From NCBI GenBank assembly GCA_902793875.1, contig CADBFL010000001.1, positions 1 through 47,168 of the forward strand: a stretch of DNA of 47,168 nucleotides, written 5' to 3'. Position 1 is the first letter of the stretch, and each line of letters starts with the position of its first letter. This DNA comes from an uncultured Eubacteriales bacterium. Lineage in GTDB: Bacteria > Bacillota > Clostridia > Peptostreptococcales > Anaerovoracaceae. Under the pieces are notes generated by a model. The model searched no databases. It saw only the letters and a program-made list of their open reading frames with translations, and was not told where the DNA came from. The position numbers and the translations under genes were made by a program. This document shows positions 20,406-28,334 of the stretch, in pieces.

Positions 20406-20482
20406 CTGAGGCAAATTGCTGTAAGGCGGCTGACTTTACACAAAACACAGACCGGGAAGGCCTCCTGAAATGAGCAGTCGTC

Positions 20483-20607
20483 AAAAGGTGCGGAAACACT
20501 TCAAGGTATATGAAAGTGCGGAAACACTACAAGATATCTGAATATCTGAGGGTACGGAAATACATCAGGATGCCTGAAGGTGCAAAAACACATTAAGACG
20601 CCGGGGG
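20483..20607 (+). repeat. Four direct repeats (about 28 nt) immediately upstream of the HAD gene
   Basis: The (G/A)GT(G/A)C(G/A)(G/A)AAA(C/T)AC cores start at 20487, 20515, 20551 and 20579, giving spacings of 28, 36 and 28. The 36 spacing contains an 8-nt ATCTGAAT duplication. Confidence 0.65.
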
Positions 20608-20651
20608 GTTCACCTGATGGAGATAAAGGAAGATCTATTACTGAGCGGGGA

Positions 20652-21299
20652 ATGAAAAAGAAATATATCATCTGGGACTTTGACGGTACCATAGCGTGTA
20701 CCAATGACATAATAATAGAATCCTGGCAGGCGACTTTCCGGCACTATCTTGGGCATGAACTGCCGGTCAGGGAGATAGAGGCGACCTTCGGGGAGACTCT
20801 GATGCATACCATCGCAGAGAAACTGCCCGGGGAGGATCCCGATGAGGTGATGGCCTGCTACAGGGCCTATCAGAATGCCCATTGCGAGGGCAGGGTCTAT
20901 GTGTTCGAAGGAGTGAGGGAGGTCCTGGATGAGCTCAGGACCCGGGGCTGCAGGCTCGGGGTAGCGACATCGAGGACTGCTAAGAGCTTCGGCAAATACA
21001 TGAAGGAGCTGGGCCTCGAAGACAGCATGGATGTCGTCGTCACCATGGAGGATGTCACGAAGCACAAGCCCGATCCCGAGTCGGTCGAAAAGGTGCTCGA
21101 AAAGTTCGGGGCAAAGCCCGAAGAAGCCATCATGATAGGAGATACGAAATACGACATAGCCTGCGCGAACAGGGCGGGAGTCGACAGCGTTCTGGTCGGA
21201 TGGAGCCACTGGGTGGATGAAGACGCGATGGCAGCCGAGGGTATAGAACCGGCGCACCGGATAAAAAGGCCGGAAGAACTGCTCGGCCTGATCGGATAA
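20652..21299 (+). CDS. HAD-superfamily phosphatase (PpaX/phosphoglycolate-phosphatase-like)
   Basis: It starts MKKKYIIWDFDGTIA (DxDGT motif I); motif II is GVATS and motif IV is GDTKYD. I prefer the ATG at 20652 over the track's GTG at 20580, which lies inside the upstream repeats. Confidence 0.8.
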   Translation: MKKKYIIWDFDGTIACTNDIIIESWQATFRHYLGHELPVREIEATFGETLMHTIAEKLPGEDPDEVMACYRAYQNAHCEGRVYVFEGVREVLDELRTRGCRLGVATSRTAKSFGKYMKELGLEDSMDVVVTMEDVTKHKPDPESVEKVLEKFGAKPEEAIMIGDTKYDIACANRAGVDSVLVGWSHWVDEDAMAAEGIEPAHRIKRPEELLGLIG

Positions 21300-21399
21300 A
21301 AAAGGCCGGAGGAGCTGCCCGGCCTGATCGGATAAAAAGGCCGAAGGAACTGCCCGGCCTGATCGGATAAAAAGGCCGGAAGAACTGCTCGGCCTGATC
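21259..21399 (+). repeat. Four tandem 35/36-bp units overlapping the 3' end of the HAD gene
   Basis: GGATAAAAAGGCCGGAAGAACTGCTCGGCCTGATC occurs at 21259, 21294, 21330 and 21365, and units 1 and 4 are identical. Each unit holds the hairpin AGGCCG-N11-CGGCCT. Unit 1 encodes the last 13 codons, and the stop is the GGATAA at the start of unit 2. Confidence 0.85.
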
Positions 21400-21505
21400 G
21401 GGTGAACGTGATCGAAAAACTGTTACCGAGTGATCATGATCATATTGCAAAGCAGGAACGCAGCTGAGGATGCGCGCGTGTCTGCAGGAATCAAAAGGAG
21501 ACAAA

Positions 21506-22631
21506 ATGCTGCAGCTAGAAGAAATAAGAAGCCAGCTTCCGGCTCTCATGGAGCAGATAGAGGAAGTGGGAGGTTATCTTTGACCCGGCGGGTCTTGAGA
21601 AACGCATAAAAGAGCTCGAGGACGAGAGCCTGAAGGACGGATTCTGGAACGACCAGAAGAAGGCGCAGAAGGTGCTGAAAGAAAAGAAATCTCTCGAAGG
21701 CAGACTTGCCGAATACGAGAAGCTTTCTTCTGATGCCGCCGAACTTCCGGATCTCATAGAGATAGCGGAGGAACTCGATGACGAGGACGAGGCGAAGAGC
21801 GTGGTCGCGACATTCGATGAACTTGCCGAGGAGCTCGAGGACCTGAAGACCAGGATGCTGCTGTCCGGAAAATACGACAGCAGGGACTGTATACTGAGCA
21901 TACACTCGGGCACGGGCGGAGTCGACGCGAACGACTGGGCCGAGATGCTCGAGAGGATGTACCTCAGATACTGCGAGAAGAAGGGCTTCAAAACGAAGCT
22001 GCTCGACAGGCAGGATGACGTCGACTACGGCATCAAGAGCTCGACCATACAGGTAGAGGGCGACAACGCATACGGACTTCTGAAGTCCGAGACGGGAGTC
22101 CACAGACTGGTCAGGATATCCCCGTTCAACGCGATGGGAAAGCGCCAGACATCGTTCGCGGCGGTCGAGGTCGTGCCGGATATAGGTGATGATATCGAAG
22201 TCAACATAGATCCGGGTGATCTCAAGATCGACACGTACAGATCGGGCGGCGCGGGCGGCCAGCACGTCAACACGACGGATTCGGCTGTCAGGATCACCCA
22301 CCTTCCGACCGGCATAGTCGTGACCTGTCAGAACGAGAGGTCGCAGATCATGAACCGCGAGGTGGCGATGAAGATCCTTGTGTCCAAGCTGACGAAGATC
22401 GCCGAAGAGGCCCACAAGGAGAACCTCAACGAGATAAAGGGCGACCAGTCGATGGCGACCTGGGGCTCGCAGATAAGAAACTACGTATTCCAGCCCTACA
22501 CCATGGTCAAGGACACGAGGACCGGCGCCGAGGTCGGAAACGTCGATGCGGTGATGGACGGCGACATCGATGTGTTCGTGAGGGCCAAGCTCTCGCAGGA
22601 CGCGGCTCAGAGCGGGAAACCGGCGGAATAG
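21506..22631 (+). CDS. prfB: Peptide chain release factor 2, requires programmed +1 frameshift: join(21506..21580, 21582..22631)
   Basis: Frame 0 reads MLQLEEIRSQLPALMEQIEEVGGYL and then hits TGA at 21581-21583. The +1 frame continues DPAGLEKRIKELEDE... into the track ORF 21672..22631. The SPF tripeptide (RISPFNA) and GGQ (GGAGGQHVN) are present. Confidence 0.9.
21568..21584 (+). other. prfB recoding site (internal SD + CTT TGA C slippery/stop context)
   Basis: GGGAGG-TTAT-CTT-TGA-C. It has the same CUU UGA C shift site and upstream SD-like element as the E. coli and B. subtilis prfB frameshift sites. Confidence 0.85.
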
Positions 22632-22708
22632 AAAAGAACAGGAAGGACTGCAGGATAGAAAAGAACAGGAAGGACTGCAGAATGGAAAAGCGCAGGATAA
22701 ATAAAGTC
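22628..22708 (+). repeat. 27-bp tandem triplication spanning the prfB stop and the lipoprotein RBS/start
   Basis: ATAGAAAAGAACAGGAAGGACTGCAG(G/A) occurs at 22628 and 22655. A third, diverged copy starts ATGGAAAAGCGCAGGATAA at 22682, which is the start codon of the next gene. Confidence 0.65.
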
Positions 22709-23458
22709 TCGGGAATCATGAAAAAACTTGCGGCTGCCGCGCTTGTGCTGGCCGTGGTATCAGTGTTTACTGCATGCAGCGGCGGGCAAGAAGAAGCTTC
22801 GGAAGACCTTAAAGTCATATATGACTGCTACTCGGAAAACGAAGTGGAATTCTCTACCGGGAACGGAAAACCTGTCAATACCCGTGAACACCTCTTTGTG
22901 GTGGAAAATGTTTCAGATAAGAGTATCGGCGAAGCAAAGATCCGCATCGATGCACTCGATGAGAACGGAGATGCGCTGACAAAGACAGCCGGCACCTCCG
23001 GCATCTATCATCTGCCTTATCTCATGCCCGGCGAAAAAGCGGTCGTAAGCTGCATGGATGCCGAGTGGACGGATGTCCCGGCAGGTTTCAGAACAGAGAT
23101 CACGGGAGGACGGGCAGATAAAGGAAGCGGAGCGCCGCTTACGATCACGTCTGCGTCGGAGACCTCTCCTTATTCCTGGGAGATAACGGTGAAAAATGAA
23201 GGCGACAGCGATGTGAAATGGGTGAACGGCTCTTTTGTTTCAGGCGACTCCGAAGATGACGCTGAAAGGATGCCTGTTCTGTTCGCGGTGGTAAAAGATG
23301 AGGGCGATGGAAAGATCGTTCGTGAAGGCGCCATGCTCAAAGGGGATGACTTTGCTATTGAAGATATCAATATCGCTCCGGGAGAGGAATACACAGCGGG
23401 ATTCAGTTTTGATGCACCGCTTGAAGATCCGGAATTCATAGTATGCTGGAGAATATGA
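22682..23458 (+). CDS. Putative lipoprotein, function unknown
   Basis: 258 aa with AGGAAGGA 7 nt upstream. It has a signal peptide with the lipobox VFTAC-SGG. I recognise no family. Confidence 0.6.
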   Translation: MEKRRINKVSGIMKKLAAAALVLAVVSVFTACSGGQEEASEDLKVIYDCYSENEVEFSTGNGKPVNTREHLFVVENVSDKSIGEAKIRIDALDENGDALTKTAGTSGIYHLPYLMPGEKAVVSCMDAEWTDVPAGFRTEITGGRADKGSGAPLTITSASETSPYSWEITVKNEGDSDVKWVNGSFVSGDSEDDAERMPVLFAVVKDEGDGKIVREGAMLKGDDFAIEDINIAPGEEYTAGFSFDAPLEDPEFIVCWRI

Positions 23459-23477
23459 CACGGTCCTGAACAGACAA

Positions 23478-26400
23478 ATGCTGAGGATATACGCGGGCAG
23501 AGAGAATATAGAAAAGGAACGTTTCATCTACGATCGCATCAGGGAGCGCGGAGGTGAGACGTTTGTTTTGGTGCCCGATCAGTACACGCTGGTCGCCGAA
23601 GAGCAGGCGCTCATGCATCTCGGGACGGACTGCCTCTTCGATACGGAGATACTCTCGATGAACAGGCTCGGACTCAGGGTGCTGACCGAACAGGGAACGG
23701 AATCCGTCCGTATGCTCGACAAATACGGCAGGTTCATGCTTCTGAACCTCCTGATAAAAGAGCACATGGAGGACTTTGAGATATTCCGCCGTCCGGCAGG
23801 GAAACTCGGGTTCACATCGATGCTGAACGACTTCATATCCGAGTTCAAGCAGCAGGACTGCAGTCTCGACGAGGTCGAAGAGCTGCTCTCGGAAAGCGGG
23901 GACGACCCGATACTCACGGCCAAGCTGAAAGAGCTCCGGGGAGTCATCGATGCGTATGAAGAAAGGATAAGCGGAGTCTTCACCGATTCCGAGGACTACA
24001 TCGCGATGTACGTAGCGGCGATAAAGGATTCGAAGCTTGTGCGCGGCAGGACCTTCTGGATATACGGCTACGACAGCATCACGCCGAAGTTCGCCGACGC
24101 CGTGATCGAGCTCGCGTCTGCGGCGGAATCGGTCAATTTCGTGGTCAACAGAGGGGACTTCGGCCTCGATGACAGGCTGATCAGGTCGCTTTCGGGACTC
24201 GCCGCTTCAAAGAACATCGATGTATCGTGCGAAGAGATCGATGAGTCCGCGTACGGATCCGAAAAATCCGCGACCGTGTCGCGCATCGAAAAGTATCTCT
24301 TCAAAGACAGCCTGAGCGAGGAGGAAAGAAAAGAAAACGAGGACTTCATCCCCGCGGATCTTACGCTGCTGTGCGCGGCAAATCCGTACTACGAGGCTGA
24401 GAGCGCGGCCGCCTACATATGGCACCTTGTGAGGGACCTCGGCTACAGGATGAAAGAGATACAGGTCATAGCAAACGACGAGGGCGCGATGCAGCCTGTA
24501 ATAAGGAGGGTCTTCGCCGAATACGGCCTGCCGGTATTCGCGGATTCGTCGAGGGACATAACTGACAGCGCGGCGGTCAGCTTCATAGTCGACATGCTCG
24601 AGTTCGTCAGGAGCCGCAAGCTGCCGCAGTATCTGTTCGCGATGCTCAAGTCCGGACTCACGGAGTTTGACGACAGCGACATAGAAGACCTCGAAAACTA
24701 TGCGAGAGCATACCGCATAAAAGGTTCGATGTGGGACAGACCGTTCAGGTACGGAGCGGATGATCTGGGCGAAGAGAAGTTCGCAGCCGTCGAGTCGATG
24801 AGGGAAGTCATCATGTCGAAGATATCCGTCCTCGAGGCCCTTGCGAAAAAGGGCGAAAGGACGGTCGGAGAATTCACCGGCGCGTTCAGAAAGTATCTGA
24901 GGGACGACTGGCGCCTCGGAGAAAAGGTCGCCGAAGCTGCGGCCCTTCAGGAGAAGGCCGGTCTCCACGATGAAGCCCAGAGGATGACCCAGAGCTTCGA
25001 AAAGGCGCTTGAGATACTCGCTCAGATGGACGAGATAATGGGAGACTCCGCCATGGATCCGGAGGAGTTTACGGACATATACGAAGCCGGGCTTTCGGAC
25101 GTGGAGGTCGGGGTGATCCCGCCGGCGGCCGACGCGCTTTCGATGGGCACCATGATAAGGACCCGCCCGGGCAGGATCCGCGCCGCCGTCATACTCGGCG
25201 CCAACGAAGGCGTGCTGCCTCTGACTCCTTCGACCGAAGGGCTCTTCTCGGCGGATGAGAAGGAATACTTCAGGGAGAAGGGATTTGCCCTCGGCAGTCT
25301 CGACGACATAAAGATGGATGAAGAGAATTCGGCGATGTACAGGATGATGTCGAAGCCGGCCGAAAAGATATACATAAGCTGGTCGATGACCGACACCAGC
25401 GGAGGCGACGCCGGCGAAAGCCCTGTTATCGAGACGATACGGGGGCTCTTCCCGAAAACGAAAGAAAGCGGATTCGTCAGAAAGGATATAATAAGCGAAG
25501 GCTGGGGGCTCGGCCTGGTGCAGGAGCCGGACGAGGCCATGCGCCACCTCATAAACCGCATGAAGGACCCGAACTCGCCTGAAGAGCCGGAGGCGCTGAC
25601 CGCGGCCCTGCTGAAATGGTACGCGGACAACAGAAAAGACAGGCTGGAGGCGATGCTGGCTGCGGCGGACTACGACAACGACCCGGCGCCTCTTTCGCGC
25701 AGCACCGCAAAAGAACTGTACACGGGAAGCGACGGGGCGCTGAGGCTCAGCGCATCCTCGATCAGCGGATATGTGAACTGCCCGTTCGGATACTTCATCG
25801 ACAAGGGCCTCAGACCGAAAGAGGAGAGGGAATTCGCAAGCGACTCGCGCTCGGTGGGAGATGTTTACCACGAGTGCCTGATGGCGGTAGCCAGGCAGAT
25901 AATGTCGGACAGCGCGCTGCCGCAGAAGATAAGGGACGGTGACAGCGAAGAACTCGAGGCGCTGGTGAACGCCGCGCTCGACGAGCTTTCATCGTCATAC
26001 AGAGGAGGACTCTTCATATCCACCGGGAGCGAGGAGTTCCGCATGAGCCGCATAAGGGAGATATGCGCAGCCGCGGCAAAGGCGATGGCAGAGCAGCTGA
26101 GCGCCATGTCGGTGAGCTCGGCGGATTTCGAGGAGGCTTTCGGAAGGAGCGGCAGGTTCGGCCCGATAAGCTTCAGATCCGGAGAGGATGAAGTCTTCGT
26201 CGAGGGAAGGATAGACCGCGCGGACTATCTGGATGTGGACGGCAGCCGGCGCGTGAGGATAGTCGACTACAAGACCGGCGCAGACAAGCTCGATCTCTGG
26301 AAGATGAGGCAGGGCCTGAAGATGCAGCTGATGATATATCTGATGTCGGCGTCGGGAGAAGGTCTGGAGCCGGCGGGCATGTTCTACTTCAACATCAGCG

Positions 26401-26828
26401 ACCCTATAGAAGCGGCCAACGACAAGGCGATGAGCAAGCTCGAAGAGATCAGCGGCAGGAAGCCGGAAGACTCTTTCGCGCTCAGGGGAGCCTTCATAGA
26501 TGAAGAGGGCATACTCGACGCGATGCCGCCTTCCGTCCTGCAGTCGGCAAAAGACGGCATCAGCCGCGAGGAGTACGAAGAAGTGAGAGCCGATGTGCTC
26601 GGACAGATAGAGAAGACCGCGGAGGGGATTCTGAACGGCAGGATAGGCATCAATCCGCTCAGGAACGACAATGTGCTCGTGTGCAGGAACTGCAGCTACG
26701 GGCCGGTCTGCAGGCGTGACAGGGGGTATGCGAAGAACCGGTACCGCAGCCTGAAACCTAAGCCGAAAAAGGACGCCGCGGAAACAAGCGAAAAGAAGAA
26801 GACAGCGAAGGACGATCGGGATTCCTGA
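23478..26828 (+). CDS. addB: ATP-dependent helicase/nuclease subunit B (AddB/RexB)
   Basis: 1,116 aa with an AddB-type N-terminus (VLVPDQYTLVAEEQAL). The C-terminal PD-(D/E)XK nuclease has the Fe-S cysteines (CPFGYF ... CRNCSYGPVC) and RIVDYKTG. Confidence 0.85.
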   Translation: MLRIYAGRENIEKERFIYDRIRERGGETFVLVPDQYTLVAEEQALMHLGTDCLFDTEILSMNRLGLRVLTEQGTESVRMLDKYGRFMLLNLLIKEHMEDFEIFRRPAGKLGFTSMLNDFISEFKQQDCSLDEVEELLSESGDDPILTAKLKELRGVIDAYEERISGVFTDSEDYIAMYVAAIKDSKLVRGRTFWIYGYDSITPKFADAVIELASAAESVNFVVNRGDFGLDDRLIRSLSGLAASKNIDVSCEEIDESAYGSEKSATVSRIEKYLFKDSLSEEERKENEDFIPADLTLLCAANPYYEAESAAAYIWHLVRDLGYRMKEIQVIANDEGAMQPVIRRVFAEYGLPVFADSSRDITDSAAVSFIVDMLEFVRSRKLPQYLFAMLKSGLTEFDDSDIEDLENYARAYRIKGSMWDRPFRYGADDLGEEKFAAVESMREVIMSKISVLEALAKKGERTVGEFTGAFRKYLRDDWRLGEKVAEAAALQEKAGLHDEAQRMTQSFEKALEILAQMDEIMGDSAMDPEEFTDIYEAGLSDVEVGVIPPAADALSMGTMIRTRPGRIRAAVILGANEGVLPLTPSTEGLFSADEKEYFREKGFALGSLDDIKMDEENSAMYRMMSKPAEKIYISWSMTDTSGGDAGESPVIETIRGLFPKTKESGFVRKDIISEGWGLGLVQEPDEAMRHLINRMKDPNSPEEPEALTAALLKWYADNRKDRLEAMLAAADYDNDPAPLSRSTAKELYTGSDGALRLSASSISGYVNCPFGYFIDKGLRPKEEREFASDSRSVGDVYHECLMAVARQIMSDSALPQKIRDGDSEELEALVNAALDELSSSYRGGLFISTGSEEFRMSRIREICAAAAKAMAEQLSAMSVSSADFEEAFGRSGRFGPISFRSGEDEVFVEGRIDRADYLDVDGSRRVRIVDYKTGADKLDLWKMRQGLKMQLMIYLMSASGEGLEPAGMFYFNISDPIEAANDKAMSKLEEISGRKPEDSFALRGAFIDEEGILDAMPPSVLQSAKDGISREEYEEVRADVLGQIEKTAEGILNGRIGINPLRNDNVLVCRNCSYGPVCRRDRGYAKNRYRSLKPKPKKDAAETSEKKKTAKDDRDS

Positions 26829-27793
26829 TGGAGATAGTATCGGCGGGGAGCAGCAGCTCCGGCAATTCATACATCATAATAGCGGGACCGCACACCATAA
26901 TACTCGATGTGGGCCTGCCGGCGAAGAAGATAAAGGGGGCGCTCGAGCATCTCGGATGCGCGCCTGAAGACGTCGGCGCCGTTCTCGTCACGCATGAGCA
27001 TGTCGACCACGTGAAAAGCGTCAGGGCGATCAGCCGCTGCTGCATGAACGCGGATTTCTTTGCGAGCGCGGGGACGGTCAGGAGCGCTCAGAACTTCAGC
27101 CATGTTCCCGAAGAACGCATCCGGCTGATGAGAAGCGGAGACAGCGTCGTGATCACAGGCGCCGACAAAGCGCGGGGTGATGAAACGCCGGACATGCCGG
27201 ATGACGAACTCTGCGCGGATGACGAGCTCTGCGCGGATAAAGAGATCTGCGCGGATGACGCGGATGACAGAGTGGTGATACGCTCGTTTTCGCTCAGTCA
27301 CGACGCGGCGGAGCCGCTCGGCTTCTCGGTCGAAGCCGGGGGCGAGAAACTCGCCGTCGTGACCGACTGCGGCACCATAAACGACGAGGTGTTCGAGGCC
27401 GTGAAGGACGCGGACCAGCTCGTTTTCGAGGCCAACCACGAAGAGGAGATGCTGATGTTCGGAGAGTATCCGTATCCGGTGAAGGTCAGGATAAAAAGCG
27501 ACATGGGCCACCTCTCCAATGTCTGCGCCGGCGACGTTCTGGCGCGCATACTCGAATACCGCGCACGGCGCCGTGAGCAGCGTCAGGGGGACGGTTCTTC
27601 CGATGCTCCCGTCCGCAGGCCGCTCCGGATAATGCTGGCGCATCTGAGTTTTCACAACAACACGCCTGACTTTGCGAAGCAGACCGTCGAGGACAGGCTC
27701 GATGCGGCAGGCTTCATGAAAGGCAGTGACTATCTGCTCGACGTCGCCGCAAAGGAAGGTCTCACATTCATGCCGGGAGAGAGCGATGCTTGA
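26828..27793 (+). CDS. MBL-fold metallo-hydrolase (YycJ/WalJ-like) with an acidic Cys-containing repeat insertion
   Basis: 321 aa with the metallo-beta-lactamase motif THEHVDHV. Its ATG overlaps the addB stop (TGATG). It contains the insertion DDELCADDELCADKEICADDADD. Confidence 0.8.
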   Translation: MEIVSAGSSSSGNSYIIIAGPHTIILDVGLPAKKIKGALEHLGCAPEDVGAVLVTHEHVDHVKSVRAISRCCMNADFFASAGTVRSAQNFSHVPEERIRLMRSGDSVVITGADKARGDETPDMPDDELCADDELCADKEICADDADDRVVIRSFSLSHDAAEPLGFSVEAGGEKLAVVTDCGTINDEVFEAVKDADQLVFEANHEEEMLMFGEYPYPVKVRIKSDMGHLSNVCAGDVLARILEYRARRREQRQGDGSSDAPVRRPLRIMLAHLSFHNNTPDFAKQTVEDRLDAAGFMKGSDYLLDVAAKEGLTFMPGESDA

Positions 27794-28265
27794 GATAAAG
27801 ATCATCTGCGTCGGAAAACTGAAAGAAAGATACTGGGAGGCGGCGATCGCCGAGTACATGAAGAGGCTCGGCGCATACTGCAGGATCTCCGTGACCGAGG
27901 TCCGAGAGGAGAAACTGCCCGCCAACGCTTCGCCGGCCGATGAGCGCGCCGTGATGGAGGCGGAGGGCAGGGCCATCCTCTCGAAGACCGCCAAGGGAGA
28001 CTGCGTGATCGCGCTCGATGTGAGAGGCAGGGAGCTCAGCTCGGAGGAGCTTGCCGAAAAGATAAGACAGACCGCCTTTACACATCCGGTGATAGTCTTT
28101 ATCATAGGGGGGAGCCTCGGGCTCAGCGATGAAGTAAAACAGAGAGCGGATCTCAGGATGAGCTTCGGCAGGATCACCCTGCCGCATCAGCTCGCGAGGG
28201 TCGTTCTGGCAGAGCAGATATACAGGGCGTTCAAGATCAACGCCGGAGAAACATACCACAAGTGA
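27786..28265 (+). CDS. rlmH: 23S rRNA (pseudouridine1915-N3)-methyltransferase
   Basis: 159 aa starting from the internal ATG at 27786 (MLEIKIICVGKLKE...), a typical RlmH/SPOUT sequence. It overlaps the MBL gene stop by 8 nt. The track's upstream start at 27726 adds an atypical 20-aa extension. Confidence 0.9.
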   Translation: MLEIKIICVGKLKERYWEAAIAEYMKRLGAYCRISVTEVREEKLPANASPADERAVMEAEGRAILSKTAKGDCVIALDVRGRELSSEELAEKIRQTAFTHPVIVFIIGGSLGLSDEVKQRADLRMSFGRITLPHQLARVVLAEQIYRAFKINAGETYHK

Positions 28266-28334
28266 GCCGGAAGGGATCAGGAAGGACCAGAAGGACCGTC
28301 CTGCTGACAGACCCTCGGCACGGAAAGGAATCAG

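Noticed and set aside
19776-20499. Reading the 63-bp array as a CRISPR array, or as repeat-protein genes (ORFs 19776..20087 +, 20217..20468 +, 19879..20499 -)
   Set aside because: It is not CRISPR. The segments between hairpins are related to each other rather than unique, the variable core is only 7-9 nt, and no cas genes are present. It is not convincingly coding either. All three minus frames and one plus frame are open simultaneously, which is a composition effect. The plus ORF starts at a TTG with no SD, and the 21-aa peptide repeats resemble nothing known.
20580-20651. Upstream GTG start (20580) for the HAD phosphatase, as in the ORF track
   Set aside because: It would add 24 residues encoded by the fourth direct repeat. 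The internal ATG at 20652 gives the canonical MKKKYIIWDFDGT N-terminus.
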